Source of the DNA: an uncultured Chloroflexia bacterium
Lineage (GTDB): Bacteria; Chloroflexota; Dormibacteria; Aeolococcales; Aeolococcaceae
Assembly (NCBI GenBank): GCA_963793875.1
Contig: CAWCBS010000007.1
Coordinates: 23,489-87,488 of the forward strand
Direction: 5' to 3'
DNA: 64,000 bases
In this document: positions 46,446 to 55,687 of the stretch, in pieces
Position numbering within the stretch: the first letter of the stretch is position 1
How the letters are laid out: every line of letters begins with the position of its first letter
Made by a program: the position numbers and the translations under genes
The notes under the pieces: generated by a model
What the model saw: only the letters and a program-made list of their open reading frames with translations
The model's database searches: none
Told to the model about the DNA's origin: nothing

Positions 46446-47939
46446 ATGGCCTCCACCCCACGACCGGATGACGCCTTCAGTAACATGCGCGAGGGCGCCC
46501 GCATTCACTCGCGACGCGCGACGGGGGGCGCCCGTGGGGAGGCGGGGTTGGCTGGTTCTGGATTCCTGGGGCGGGGGCCGCGCGGAGTCCGCGCGGTCCG
46601 CCGGCACGCCCTCGGGGTGAGCCGCCGGGGTGGGACCGACCGGCGACGCCTGGCCCTCGCCGTCGCCGGCGGGGCGCTCGTGGTGATCGCCTTCTCCGGC
46701 TGCTCCCTCGGCTCCCCGGGCCAGACCGGCAGCGTTCGGGGCGCCTCCACCACCCCGACCCCGGCGGGGCCGGGCGGGGTCACCGCGGTGACCCCGGCGG
46801 TCGCAACGCCGGGTGCCCTCACCTCCGCCACCGGTGCCAGCATGTCGCTCCAGGCGGTCACCTGCGTCGCCACCGCGGACTGCTGGGCGGTCGGATGGTC
46901 GACCGCCGACGCCACCGGCCAGCCCCAGACGCTGATCGCCCAGGGTGGCGGGGCCGGCTGGCAGGTCCTGTTCACCCCGCCGGTGCCGGGCAGCACGGGC
47001 AGCGAGCTCGAGGCCGTCAGCTGCACGGCCCCGGAGGAGTGCTGGGCGGTCGGCGACTCCTGGCAGGGTTCGGGCACCGACCGGGACACGGCGCCGCTGA
47101 TCGAGCTGGAGACGCCAGCGAGTGGCTGGACCGTCGTCTCCAGCCCCGCCCCGTCCGGCACCCAGGACAGCGCCCTCGACGGGGTCGCCTGCGCCGCGGG
47201 TGGCGGTTGCTGGGCGGTTGGATACTCCTCCACCTCGACGGCGTCGGGCACGCGGTCGGAGACGTTGCTCGAGCAGGAGACCGCAACCGGGTGGAGCATC
47301 GTGGCGAGCCCTGTCCTCCCGGCCACCGGCACCGGCGGCCAGCTCGCCGGCGTCGCCTGCGCGGGCTCCGACTGCTGGGCCGTCGGCCACTGGGACGATG
47401 CCGCCGGCACCCCTCATGGCCTCATCGAGCAGTACGCGGGGAGCGCGTGGACCATCGTGCCCGGCCCGAAGGCCAGCCCCAAGGCCAGCCCGACGCCCGG
47501 TCGCGCCGCCACGACGACCCCGGGGAGCCTCCTCTCCAGCGTGACCTGCATCGGTCCGAGCACCTGCTGGAGCGCCGGCTCCGTCCTGCCAGCCAAGGGA
47601 ACGTTGCAGGGACTGCTCGAGGAGTACGACGGTGCCGGCTGGAGCAGCGTTCCCGCCGCGGCCACAGGGAGCCAGCTCCTGGGGGTCGCCTGCTCCGCGG
47701 CCGGGAGCTGCTGGGCCGTGGGTGCCTCCACCGCGGCGGGCTCCGGCACCCTGATCGAGCAGGAGACGGCCGGCGGCTGGAGCGTCGTCCCCACCTCCCC
47801 CTCCTCGGTGACCACCGACCCCCAGCTCAACGGGGTGGCCTGCGTCGGCTCCGGCGAGTGCTGGGCGGTCGGCGGCCCCGCGCGGCCGTCGGGCAGCGGT
47901 CCGATGATCCTCGAGCAGATGGCCGCGGGGCCGGCCTGA
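46446..47939 (+). CDS. putative lipoprotein with tandem CxxxxxCWAVG repeats (predicted beta-propeller-like)
   Basis: Lipobox-like VIAFSGCSLG; repeats VTCVATADCWAVGWS, VSCTAPEECWAVGDS, VACAAGGGCWAVGYS, VACAGSDCWAVGHW, VTCIGPSTCWSAGSV, VACSAAGSCWAVGAS, VACVGSGECWAVGGP. Confidence 0.8.
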   Translation: MASTPRPDDAFSNMREGARIHSRRATGGARGEAGLAGSGFLGRGPRGVRAVRRHALGVSRRGGTDRRRLALAVAGGALVVIAFSGCSLGSPGQTGSVRGASTTPTPAGPGGVTAVTPAVATPGALTSATGASMSLQAVTCVATADCWAVGWSTADATGQPQTLIAQGGGAGWQVLFTPPVPGSTGSELEAVSCTAPEECWAVGDSWQGSGTDRDTAPLIELETPASGWTVVSSPAPSGTQDSALDGVACAAGGGCWAVGYSSTSTASGTRSETLLEQETATGWSIVASPVLPATGTGGQLAGVACAGSDCWAVGHWDDAAGTPHGLIEQYAGSAWTIVPGPKASPKASPTPGRAATTTPGSLLSSVTCIGPSTCWSAGSVLPAKGTLQGLLEEYDGAGWSSVPAAATGSQLLGVACSAAGSCWAVGASTAAGSGTLIEQETAGGWSVVPTSPSSVTTDPQLNGVACVGSGECWAVGGPARPSGSGPMILEQMAAGPA

Positions 47940-47961
47940 CCGGCTGCCCGGCGAGATCAGG

Positions 47962-47991
47962 TTGACGCCGCAACCGACCAGCCCGTATAGT
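47962..47991 (+). promoter_or_regulatory. sigma70-like promoter of the lysine cluster
   Basis: TTGACG (47962-47967) - 18 nt - TATAGT (47986-47991); predicted start ~47998-48001. Confidence 0.65.
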
Positions 47992-48000
47992 TCGCCGACG

Positions 48001-48078
48001 ATGCACGTCGCGCACGCCTCGAAAGAGCTCGCCGGACGCAAAGCCCTCGCAGGGGCCAAAGCCGCCGGAACGAAGTAG
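48001..48078 (+). CDS. putative leader peptide MHVAHASKELAGRKALAGAKAAGTK (Lys codons at 8, 14, 20, 25)
   Basis: ATG at the predicted transcription start; 3 AAA + 1 AAG Lys codons; ends 36 nt before a strong terminator hairpin. Confidence 0.5.
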   Translation: MHVAHASKELAGRKALAGAKAAGTK

Positions 48079-48114
48079 AGGCGCGCGCCGCAAGGCGCTC
48101 CCGCCGCCAGCGGA

Positions 48115-48155
48115 AGAGGGCTCCCCCAGAGCGAGGGAGCCCTCTTTGTTTGTCT
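48115..48155 (+). terminator. intrinsic terminator/attenuator upstream of the lysine cluster
   Basis: AGAGGGCTCCC (48115-48125) / GGGAGCCCTCT (48135-48145), perfect 11-bp stem, followed by TTGTTTGT. Confidence 0.8.
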
Positions 48156-48191
48156 CCGCCCATCTCGAGCAGCCAACTCCGTGGGAGTCCC

Positions 48192-49298
48192 ATGAGCATC
48201 CAGAACCCAGCCCAGCCGATCCAGGTCGTCGTGCTGCCCGGCGACGGCATCGGCCCGGAGGTCGTCGCCAGCGCGGTGAGCGTGCTCCAGCACTCCGCCG
48301 CGGCCCACCGGCTCGACATCCTGCTCACCGAGCGGCCGATCGCCGGAGCCGCCATCGAGGCCGAGGGCCGCCCCCTCCCCGAGCCGACCCTGCAGCTCTG
48401 CCGCGAGGCCGACGCCGTGCTCTTCGGTGCCGCCGGGGCCCCGCGCTGGGACCATCTGCGCGGCGACGCCCGGCCGGGGGCGGCCATCCACGGGCTGCGC
48501 CAGCGGCTCGGCCTGAGCGTCAACCTCCGCCCGGTCCGCGCCTTCCCCGCCCTCTCGGGCTGCGGCCCGCTACGGCCCGAGGTGACCCGCGGCAGCGACT
48601 TCATCGTGGTCAGAGAGCTGGCCGCCGGCGCCTATTACGGCGCCCACGGGCGGAGCGGCGAGGGCGACGCGGAGCGCGCCCACGACACCATCACGTACAG
48701 CCGCCGCCAGATCGAGCGGGTGGTCCGCTTCGCCTTCGCCCTCGCCCGGAGCCGGAACCGCCACCTCACCTCGGTGGACAAGGCCAACGCCCTCTGGACC
48801 GGGCGGCTCTGGCGCGACGTCACCGCCGAGCTGGCTGCGGAGAACCCCGACGTCAGCCTCGAGCACCAGCTCATCGACAGCTTCGCCCTGCGCATGCTCC
48901 TGCAGCCGTCACGGCTGGACGTGGTGGTCGCCGAGAACCTCTTCGGCGACATCCTGAGCGACGAGGCGGCGGCGATCAGCGGCTCGCTCGGCATGATGGC
49001 GTCGGCCAGCCTCAATCCCGACGGCGGCCCCGCCCTGTACGAGCCGATCCACGGCACCGCCCCCGACATCGCCGGGCGCGGCATCGCCAACCCGGTCGGC
49101 GCCATCCTGAGCGTGGCCCTCCTCTTCGAGCACTCGCTGCGCCGTCCCGAGGTCGCCGCAGAGATCCGCAGCGCGGTGGACGCCGCCCTCCAGGCCGGCG
49201 CACGCACCCCCGACCTGGGCGGCGGCAGCACCACGGCCGAGATGACCGACGCCATCCTTCACGCGCTGCGCGGCGCGCCGGCGGGAGCGGGAGCATGA
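48192..49298 (+). CDS. isopropylmalate/homoisocitrate dehydrogenase family protein
   Basis: VVVLPGDGIGPEVVASAV...SVDKANALWTGRLWRDVTAEL...VVVAENLFGDILSDEAAAISGSLGMMASASL...EPIHGTAPDIAGRGIANPVGAILS. Confidence 0.9.
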   Translation: MSIQNPAQPIQVVVLPGDGIGPEVVASAVSVLQHSAAAHRLDILLTERPIAGAAIEAEGRPLPEPTLQLCREADAVLFGAAGAPRWDHLRGDARPGAAIHGLRQRLGLSVNLRPVRAFPALSGCGPLRPEVTRGSDFIVVRELAAGAYYGAHGRSGEGDAERAHDTITYSRRQIERVVRFAFALARSRNRHLTSVDKANALWTGRLWRDVTAELAAENPDVSLEHQLIDSFALRMLLQPSRLDVVVAENLFGDILSDEAAAISGSLGMMASASLNPDGGPALYEPIHGTAPDIAGRGIANPVGAILSVALLFEHSLRRPEVAAEIRSAVDAALQAGARTPDLGGGSTTAEMTDAILHALRGAPAGAGA

Positions 49299-50428
49299 GC
49301 GTCGCGCGCATGGCCATCATCGACTCGACCCTCCGCGAGGGCGAGCAGTTCGCCGGGGCCGATTTCACCACCGCTCAGAAGCTGGAGATCATCGCCGCCC
49401 TCGACGAGTTCGGGGTCGACTACATCGAGATGACCTCGCCGGCGGCCTCGCCCCAGTCCGAGGCCGACCTCCGGGCGGCGGTGGCGGCCCGTCCCCGGGC
49501 CCGGCTCCTCACCCACACCCGCTGCTCCATCGAGGATGTCGACCGGGCGCTCGCCGCCGGCATCGACGGCGTCAACGTCCTCTTCGCGACCTCGGAGGTG
49601 CTCCGCCGGGCCAGTCACGGCCGCTCCCTGGGCGAGGTGGTGGAGATCGCCTGCGGGGTGATCAGCCATGTCCGCAGGGCCGGCCGCGAGATCCGCTTCA
49701 GCTGCGAGGACGCCTTCCGCAGCGACCTCGAGGAGATCCTCGCCGTCTACCGGGCCGTCGACGCCTGCGGACCCGACCGGGTGGGCATCGCCGACACGGT
49801 CGGGGTCGCCACCCCGCGCGAGGTCGAGGAGCTGGTGGTGGCGGTGCGCGCCGCCGTCGGCTGCGACATCGAGTTCCACGGCCACAACGACACCGGTTGC
49901 GCGGTGGCCAACGCCCTGGCCGCCCTGGAAGCCGGCGCCACCCACATCGATACCACCGTGCTCGGCATCGGCGAGCGCAACGGGATAGCCTCCCTCTCCG
50001 GGCTGATCGCCCGGATCGGCACCGTGGCCCCCGCCCGGGTCGACCCCTACCGCCTCGACCTGCTCCCCCAGCTCGACGCCCGGGTGGCCGGGATCCTCGG
50101 CATCGGGGTGCCCTTCAACGCCCCCATCACCGGGGCCTTCGCCTTCACCCACAAGGCCGGGATGCACAGCAACGCGGTGCTCCGCGACCCGCGCAGCTAC
50201 GAGGCGCTCCAGCCCGAGCGTTATGGACTGGATCGGCAGATACTCGTGGGTCACCGGCTGGTGGGCCGCCACGCCATCCGCGACCGCGCCCTGGTCCTGG
50301 GGCTCGACCTCGACGAGACCCAGATCGCCGCGGTCACCGCCCAGGTCAAGCGGCTCGCCGACGCCGCGACCCTGTCCGACGACCAGGTGGACGACCTGCT
50401 GCTCCGCTGGCCCAGCCCGGCCGCCTAG
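49295..50428 (+). CDS. homocitrate synthase (LysS/NifV-like)
   Basis: MAIIDSTLREGEQFAGADFTTAQKLEIIAALDEFGVDYIEMTSPAASPQSEADLRA...CDIEFHGHNDTGCAVANALAALEAGATHIDTTVLGIGERNGIASL; ATGA overlap with the upstream gene. Confidence 0.9.
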   Translation: MSVARMAIIDSTLREGEQFAGADFTTAQKLEIIAALDEFGVDYIEMTSPAASPQSEADLRAAVAARPRARLLTHTRCSIEDVDRALAAGIDGVNVLFATSEVLRRASHGRSLGEVVEIACGVISHVRRAGREIRFSCEDAFRSDLEEILAVYRAVDACGPDRVGIADTVGVATPREVEELVVAVRAAVGCDIEFHGHNDTGCAVANALAALEAGATHIDTTVLGIGERNGIASLSGLIARIGTVAPARVDPYRLDLLPQLDARVAGILGIGVPFNAPITGAFAFTHKAGMHSNAVLRDPRSYEALQPERYGLDRQILVGHRLVGRHAIRDRALVLGLDLDETQIAAVTAQVKRLADAATLSDDQVDDLLLRWPSPAA

Positions 50429-50455
50429 CCCACACATCAGGAGAGCCGAGAAGAG

Positions 50456-51688
50456 ATGGGAACACTCGTCGAAGAGATCTTCACCCACCGCCTGGGGCGG
50501 CCGGTGCATGCCGGCGACACCGTGGTCGCCGAGGTGGACGCGGTGATGGCCCACGACGTCACCGGGCCGCTCGCCATCGACGCCTTCCGCAGCCTGGGGA
50601 TGCCGCTCTGGAACCCGGCCCGCACCGTCTTCAGCTTCGATCACGTCTTCCCCTCCAACAGCGTGGCGGCCAGCGAGCTGCACCGTCGCATCCGCGAGTT
50701 CGCCGCCGAGCACGGCATCCGCAACCTCTTCGCCGAGGGAATCTGCCATCTGGTGATGGTCGAGCGCGGCTTCGTCCGCCCCGGAGGGATGGTGGTCGGC
50801 GCCGACTTGCACAGCACCACCTACGGCGCCCTGGGCTGCTTCTCCACCGGGATGGGCTCCACCGACATCGGGGTCACCATGGCCACCGGGCGCTCCTGGT
50901 TCCGGATTCCGGAGACCCTCCGCATCGAGGTGACCGGGGAGCTGCGCACCGGGGTCCAGGCCAAGGACGTCGCGCTCACCGTCATCCGCCGGCTCGGCGC
51001 CGAGGGCGCCAACTACCTGGCCGTCGAGTGGGGCGGGCCGGCGGTCAGCGCCATGGGGATGTCGGAGCGCCTCACCCTCGCCAACCTCTCCGTGGACTTC
51101 GGGGCCAAGTGCGGCCTCTGCGAGGTCGACGCCACCACCTGGGCCTACCTCGGTCTCCCCGACGGGGGCACGCAGCAGCCGCGCGACCCCGCCTACGCGG
51201 AGGTCCTGCGGGTCGACGTCGGCGAGCTCGAGCCCCAGGTCTCGGCGCCGCCCGCGATCGAGAACGTGCGCCCGCTCTCGGAGCTGGCCGGCACCCCGCT
51301 CGACGAGGTCTTCATCGGCAGCTGCGCCAACGGGCGGATCGAGGACATGGCGGTGGTCGCCGGGATGCTGGAGGGCCGCCAGGTCAACCCCACCACCCGG
51401 ACCATCATCATCCCGGGCACCCGCACCGCCTACGTGCAGGCCCTGGAGCGCGGCTACATCGACACCTTCGTGCGCGCCGGGGCGGTGGTGATGGCCGCCG
51501 GCTGCGGGCCCTGCCTGGGCCGCCAGCACGGCACTCTCGGCCCCGGCGAGCGGGCCCTCTCCACCAGCATGCGCAACTACCCGGGGCGGATGGGCAGCCC
51601 CGACGCCGAGATCTACCTGGCCAACCCGGCGGTGGCGGCGGCGTCCGCGCTGGCCGGGATGATCGCCGACCCCCGGGAGGAGCGCTGA
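50456..51688 (+). CDS. hacA: homoaconitase/aconitase family large subunit
   Basis: LVEEIFTHRLGRPVHAGDTVVAEVDAVMAHDVTGPLAIDAF...VFIGSCANGRIEDMAVVAGMLEGRQVNPTTRTIIIPGT...AAGCGPCLGRQHGTL. Confidence 0.9.
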   Translation: MGTLVEEIFTHRLGRPVHAGDTVVAEVDAVMAHDVTGPLAIDAFRSLGMPLWNPARTVFSFDHVFPSNSVAASELHRRIREFAAEHGIRNLFAEGICHLVMVERGFVRPGGMVVGADLHSTTYGALGCFSTGMGSTDIGVTMATGRSWFRIPETLRIEVTGELRTGVQAKDVALTVIRRLGAEGANYLAVEWGGPAVSAMGMSERLTLANLSVDFGAKCGLCEVDATTWAYLGLPDGGTQQPRDPAYAEVLRVDVGELEPQVSAPPAIENVRPLSELAGTPLDEVFIGSCANGRIEDMAVVAGMLEGRQVNPTTRTIIIPGTRTAYVQALERGYIDTFVRAGAVVMAAGCGPCLGRQHGTLGPGERALSTSMRNYPGRMGSPDAEIYLANPAVAAASALAGMIADPREER

Positions 51689-52185
51689 TGGCACGGGTCT
51701 TCCGCTTCGGCGACGGCGTCTCGACCGACGCCATCATGCCCGGCCGGTACAACCTCACCACCGACCCGGCGGCGCTGGCCCGGGCCTGCTTCATCGAGAA
51801 CCGCCCCGACTTCCACGAGTCGGTGCGCCCCGGCGACGTGATCGTGGCCGGCAGCAACTTCGGCTGCGGCAGCTCGCGCGAGCACGCGCCGCTCTCGATC
51901 AAGGCCTGCGGGGTCAGCGCCGTGGTGGCCCGCTCGTTCGCCCGCATCTTCTACCGCAACGCGGTCAACCTCGGGCTGCCGGTGATCCGGTGCGCCGACC
52001 TGCACGCCGCCGTCCACGACGGCGACCAGGTGGAGGTCGACGTCCTGCTCGGAACCATCACCGCCGCTGGCCGCACCTTCCAGGGCGAGCCGCCGTCGGC
52101 GGTCGCGCGCCGGATCAGCGAGGCCGGCTCGCTGGTGGAGCTGATCCGCGTCCACGGCTGGGCCGCCATCGAGGAGGTGGTCTGA
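51688..52185 (+). CDS. hacB: homoaconitase small subunit
   Basis: MARVFRFGDGVSTDAIMPGRYNLTTDPAALARACFIENRPDF...GDVIVAGSNFGCGSSREHAPLSIKACGVSAVVARSFARIFYRNAVNLGLP. Confidence 0.92.
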   Translation: MARVFRFGDGVSTDAIMPGRYNLTTDPAALARACFIENRPDFHESVRPGDVIVAGSNFGCGSSREHAPLSIKACGVSAVVARSFARIFYRNAVNLGLPVIRCADLHAAVHDGDQVEVDVLLGTITAAGRTFQGEPPSAVARRISEAGSLVELIRVHGWAAIEEVV

Positions 52186-52292
52186 GCCGTGCTCACCCCG
52201 ACCCGGCATCCCACCGCCCCGCCAGAGGCGATCTGGAGCGTGCTGACCCCCGCGCCGGCATCCCCGGCGCCCACCCCGGAGGAGACCTGATC

Positions 52293-52469
52293 ATGGCCAC
52301 AGCGACCGCCGCCTGCCCCGAGTGCGACGCCCAGGTGGACGTCGGCGACGACGCCGAGGTGGGCGAGATCGTCACCTGCCCGGAGTGCGGTGCGGACCTG
52401 GAGATCCGCAGCCTCGCCCCGGCACGCCTCGACGTCGCGCCGCCCGAAGAGGAGGACTGGGGCGAGTGA
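52293..52469 (+). CDS. lysW: LysW amino-group carrier protein
   Basis: [58 protein letters not shown]; CPEC...CPEC and diagnostic EDWGE C-terminus. Confidence 0.96.
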   Translation: MATATAACPECDAQVDVGDDAEVGEIVTCPECGADLEIRSLAPARLDVAPPEEEDWGE

Positions 52470-53377
52470 CGGCTCCCCGCATCGGCATCCTCTGCTCCCG
52501 CATCCGGGTCGAGGAGAAGCTGCTCCTGCAGGCCCTGCGCGCCCGCGGCGCGGAGCCGGAGAGGCTCGACGACGACCAGGTGGTCCTCGCCATCCGCGGC
52601 CAGGCGGGCCGCGGCGGAGGGCCCGGAGCGGCAGCGGCAGCGCCGGCCTGGGACGTGGTCTTCGACCGCAGCCTCAGCCAGACCCGGGCCCTGGCGGCGC
52701 TCCGCATCCTGGAGGCCCAGGGCGTCGTCACCGTCAACACCGCCCGTGTGGTGGCCACCTGCGGCGACAAGGTCGCGACCAGCGCGGCCCTGACCGGCCG
52801 CGGCCTGCCCTCCCCGCGCACCCTGGTCGCCTTCACCCCGGAGGCGGCGCTGCGGGCCGTCGAGGAGCTCGGCTACCCCGTCGTGATCAAGCCCGCGGTC
52901 GGCTCCTGGGGCCGGATGGTCGCGCGGCTCAACGACCGGGACGCCGCCGAGGCGGTGCTGGAGCACAAGCGCGCCCTGGGCAGCGCCGCCGACTCCGTCT
53001 TCTACGTCCAGGAGCACGTCGACAAGCCGGGCCGCGACATCCGCAGCTTCGTGATCGGCGGCGAGACCATCTGCGCCATATACCGGCGCTCGGAGCACTG
53101 GATCACCAACACGGCGCGCGGCGGCGAGGCCTCCAACTGCCCGGTGACCGGCGAGGTCGACCGGCTCTCGCGCGCGGCCGCCGAGGCGGTCGGGGGCGGG
53201 ATGGTCGCGGTGGACCTGATGGAGCGGGGCGACGGCGAGCTGCTGATCTCCGAGGTCAACCACACCATGGAGTTCCGCAACAGCATCGACACCACCGGGG
53301 TCGACATCCCCGGCCGGATGGCCGACCACGTGCTCGCGCTGGCGGCGCAGGGGACGCCCGTGGGTGCCGCATGGTGA
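52466..53377 (+). CDS. lysX: LysX, LysW-alpha-aminoadipate ligase (ATP-grasp)
   Basis: [20 protein letters not shown]...[31 protein letters not shown]...[39 protein letters not shown]; GTG overlaps the lysW stop. Confidence 0.93.
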   Translation: MTAPRIGILCSRIRVEEKLLLQALRARGAEPERLDDDQVVLAIRGQAGRGGGPGAAAAAPAWDVVFDRSLSQTRALAALRILEAQGVVTVNTARVVATCGDKVATSAALTGRGLPSPRTLVAFTPEAALRAVEELGYPVVIKPAVGSWGRMVARLNDRDAAEAVLEHKRALGSAADSVFYVQEHVDKPGRDIRSFVIGGETICAIYRRSEHWITNTARGGEASNCPVTGEVDRLSRAAAEAVGGGMVAVDLMERGDGELLISEVNHTMEFRNSIDTTGVDIPGRMADHVLALAAQGTPVGAAW

Positions 53378-53576
53378 GCGCCCGCCGCGGAGCGGCTCGG
53401 GTGGGGCACGCCGTCGACGTGGGCGGTTGCGCGGGCGGCGGCGCCATGCCGCCGGTCGGGGTCCCCGCCCGGCCCGCCACCGGGGGTGAGACCGCAGGCC
53501 GCCGACGCCACGGGCGTCGGACCAGCGTCCCCGCGGCGACCGCAGGCCGCGGCGGCACCATCACGGGCCGCGCCGG

Positions 53577-54647
53577 ATGACCGCGGCCTCCCCCACCACC
53601 GCGGCGCCCCCCCTCGCGGTCGCCGACCTCCTGCTCGAGATGCTCGCCATCCCGAGCCCGACGGGCAGCGAGTGGCGGCTGGCGGCGGCGCTCCGGGAGC
53701 GGCTGGCGGGCGCCGGCTTCGCCGCCGAGATCGATCCCGCCGGGAGCGTGGTGGCCAGTCGGGGCGACGGGCCCCGCGAGGTCATGCTGCTCGGCCACCT
53801 CGACACCGTGCCCGGGACCATCCCCCCCCGCCTCGAGGCCGGCCGCATCCACGGCCGCGGCGCGGTCGACGCCAAGGGCCCGCTGGCCGCGGCCGTCGTC
53901 GCCGCGGCGCGCCGGCCCCTCGACCCGCGGATGCGGGTCACGCTGATCGGCTGCGTCGACGAGGAGGGCAACTCCCGCGGAGCCCGCCAGGTCGCGACCC
54001 GCCCCGCCCCCGACGCCCTGATCGTGCTCGAGCCGAGCGGCTGGGAGGCGGTGACCGTGGGGTACCGGGGGATCGTGCGTGCCGAGCTGCACCTGGAGGA
54101 CGCCCTCCGGCACCGGGCGGCGCCAGCAGCGACGGTGGCCGACCGGCTCGTGGCTCTGCTCGCCCACCTCCAGCGCGACCTCGACGAGCGGGGCGCGGGA
54201 CGCAGCTCGTTCCACCGCGCCGACCTGCGGGTCACCGGGCTGGAGGTGATCGGCACCGGGCTGCGCGAGACGGCGCTGGCGCGGCTCCAGTTCCGGCTCC
54301 CCCCGGACCTCCCCGCGGCGGAGCTGCTCGACTGGCTGGACCGGGAGCGGGGCGAGGCCGAGCTGCTGATCCAATTCGCCGTCGACGCGGTCCACGCCCC
54401 CCGCGACAGCCGGGTGGCCCGAGCCCTGGCCCGCGCCATCCGCCATCGGGGTGGGGTGCCCCACCAGAAGATCAAGACCGGGACCGCCGACATGAACCTG
54501 CTGGTCCCCCGCTGGGGCTGTCCCGCGGTGGCGTACGGCCCCGGCAACTCGCATCTCGACCACACCCCCGAGGAGGCGGTCGACGTGGAGGAGCTGGAGC
54601 GCGCGGCGGACGTCCTGGACGCCGCCCTGGGGGAGCTCAGCCGGTGA
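53577..54647 (+). CDS. lysK: LysK, LysW-lysine hydrolase (M20 family)
   Basis: LLEMLAIPSPTGSEWRLAAALRERLAG...VMLLGHLDTVPGTIPPRLEAGRIHGRGAVDAKGPLAAAV...IKTGTADMNLLVPRWGCPAVAYGPGNSHLDHTPEE. Confidence 0.92.
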   Translation: MTAASPTTAAPPLAVADLLLEMLAIPSPTGSEWRLAAALRERLAGAGFAAEIDPAGSVVASRGDGPREVMLLGHLDTVPGTIPPRLEAGRIHGRGAVDAKGPLAAAVVAAARRPLDPRMRVTLIGCVDEEGNSRGARQVATRPAPDALIVLEPSGWEAVTVGYRGIVRAELHLEDALRHRAAPAATVADRLVALLAHLQRDLDERGAGRSSFHRADLRVTGLEVIGTGLRETALARLQFRLPPDLPAAELLDWLDRERGEAELLIQFAVDAVHAPRDSRVARALARAIRHRGGVPHQKIKTGTADMNLLVPRWGCPAVAYGPGNSHLDHTPEEAVDVEELERAADVLDAALGELSR

Positions 54648-55687
54648 GGGCGATCATCCAGGGCGGCTCCGGGTACGCCGGGGGCGAGCTGCTCCGGCTG
54701 CTCGCCGGACATCCCGACATCGAGGTCAGCCAGGTCTCCTCGGAGCGGCTGCGGGGACGGCCGGTGACCGCCGTCCACCCCCAGCTCCGCGACCGCACCG
54801 AGCTGCGCTTCTGCGCGCGCGCCGAGCTGGAGCCGGCCGACCTCGTCTTCTCGGCGCTCCGCCACGGCGAGACCGCGCCCGGCGTCGACGCCACCCTGGC
54901 CCTGGCCCCCGTGGTCGTCGACCTCTCCGCGGACTTCCGGCTCCACGATCCCGCCGACTACCCCCGCTGGTATGGGTGGGAGCACCCGCGCCCGGAGCTG
55001 CTGGCCACGTTCTGCGCCGGGCTGGCCGAGCTCCACCGCGCCGAGATCGCCGGCGGCGACCGCCTCTCGGTGGGCGGCTGCGTCGCCACCGCGACCATGC
55101 TGGCGCTGGCGCCCTTCGTCCGGGCCGGCCTGGTCGACCCGGCGATGCCGATCGTGGCCGATGCCCTGATCGGCTCCTCGGCGGCGGGGTCGGAGCCCAC
55201 CCCGACCTCCCACCACCCCCACCGCAGTGGCGCCATGCACAGCTTCGCCCCCACCGGGCACCGGCACACCGCCGAGGTGCTCCAGGAGCTGCGGGCCTTG
55301 GGCGCGGATGGCGAGGTGGCCCTGAGCGTCACCTCGGTGGAGGCGGTTCGGGGCATCCTGGTCACCGCCCACCTCTGGCTCCGGGATCCGCTGGAGGAGC
55401 GGGAGGTCTGGCGGGTGCTGCGGGCGGCGACGGCCGCCGAGCCCTTCCTGCGGGTGGTCAAGCAGGCCCACGGCCTGCACCGCCACCCCGATCCGCGCCT
55501 CGTCACCGGGACCAACTTCTGCGACCTAGGGTTCAGCCGCGACCCGCACTCGCGCCGCCTGGTGGTGACCGCGGCCATCGACAACCTGGTCAAGGGCGCC
55601 GCCGGCCAGGCGGTCCAGGCCGCCAACATCCGGTTCGGCTTCCCCGAGACCGCGGGGCTGGAGCAGGCCGGCCTCTACCCGCTGTGA
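54644..55687 (+). CDS. lysY: LysY, LysW-aminoadipyl phosphate reductase (ArgC-like)
   Basis: GTG start; RAIIQGGSGYAGGELLRLLAGHPDIEVSQVSSERLRGRPVTAVHP...VGGCVATATMLALAPFVRAGLV. Confidence 0.93.
   Translation: MRAIIQGGSGYAGGELLRLLAGHPDIEVSQVSSERLRGRPVTAVHPQLRDRTELRFCARAELEPADLVFSALRHGETAPGVDATLALAPVVVDLSADFRLHDPADYPRWYGWEHPRPELLATFCAGLAELHRAEIAGGDRLSVGGCVATATMLALAPFVRAGLVDPAMPIVADALIGSSAAGSEPTPTSHHPHRSGAMHSFAPTGHRHTAEVLQELRALGADGEVALSVTSVEAVRGILVTAHLWLRDPLEEREVWRVLRAATAAEPFLRVVKQAHGLHRHPDPRLVTGTNFCDLGFSRDPHSRRLVVTAAIDNLVKGAAGQAVQAANIRFGFPETAGLEQAGLYPL

Noticed and set aside
48001-48155. T-box or lysine (L-box) riboswitch
   Set aside because: The leader is only ~150 nt with no T-box motif (UGGN ACC-type bulge) or L-box core; the small-ORF/terminator organisation fits attenuation better.
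49259-51694. 811-aa minus-strand ORF and 762-aa plus-strand ORF (49897-52185)
   Set aside because: Both are off-frame reads of the homocitrate synthase/homoaconitase genes; the second merely joins the hacB frame at its end.
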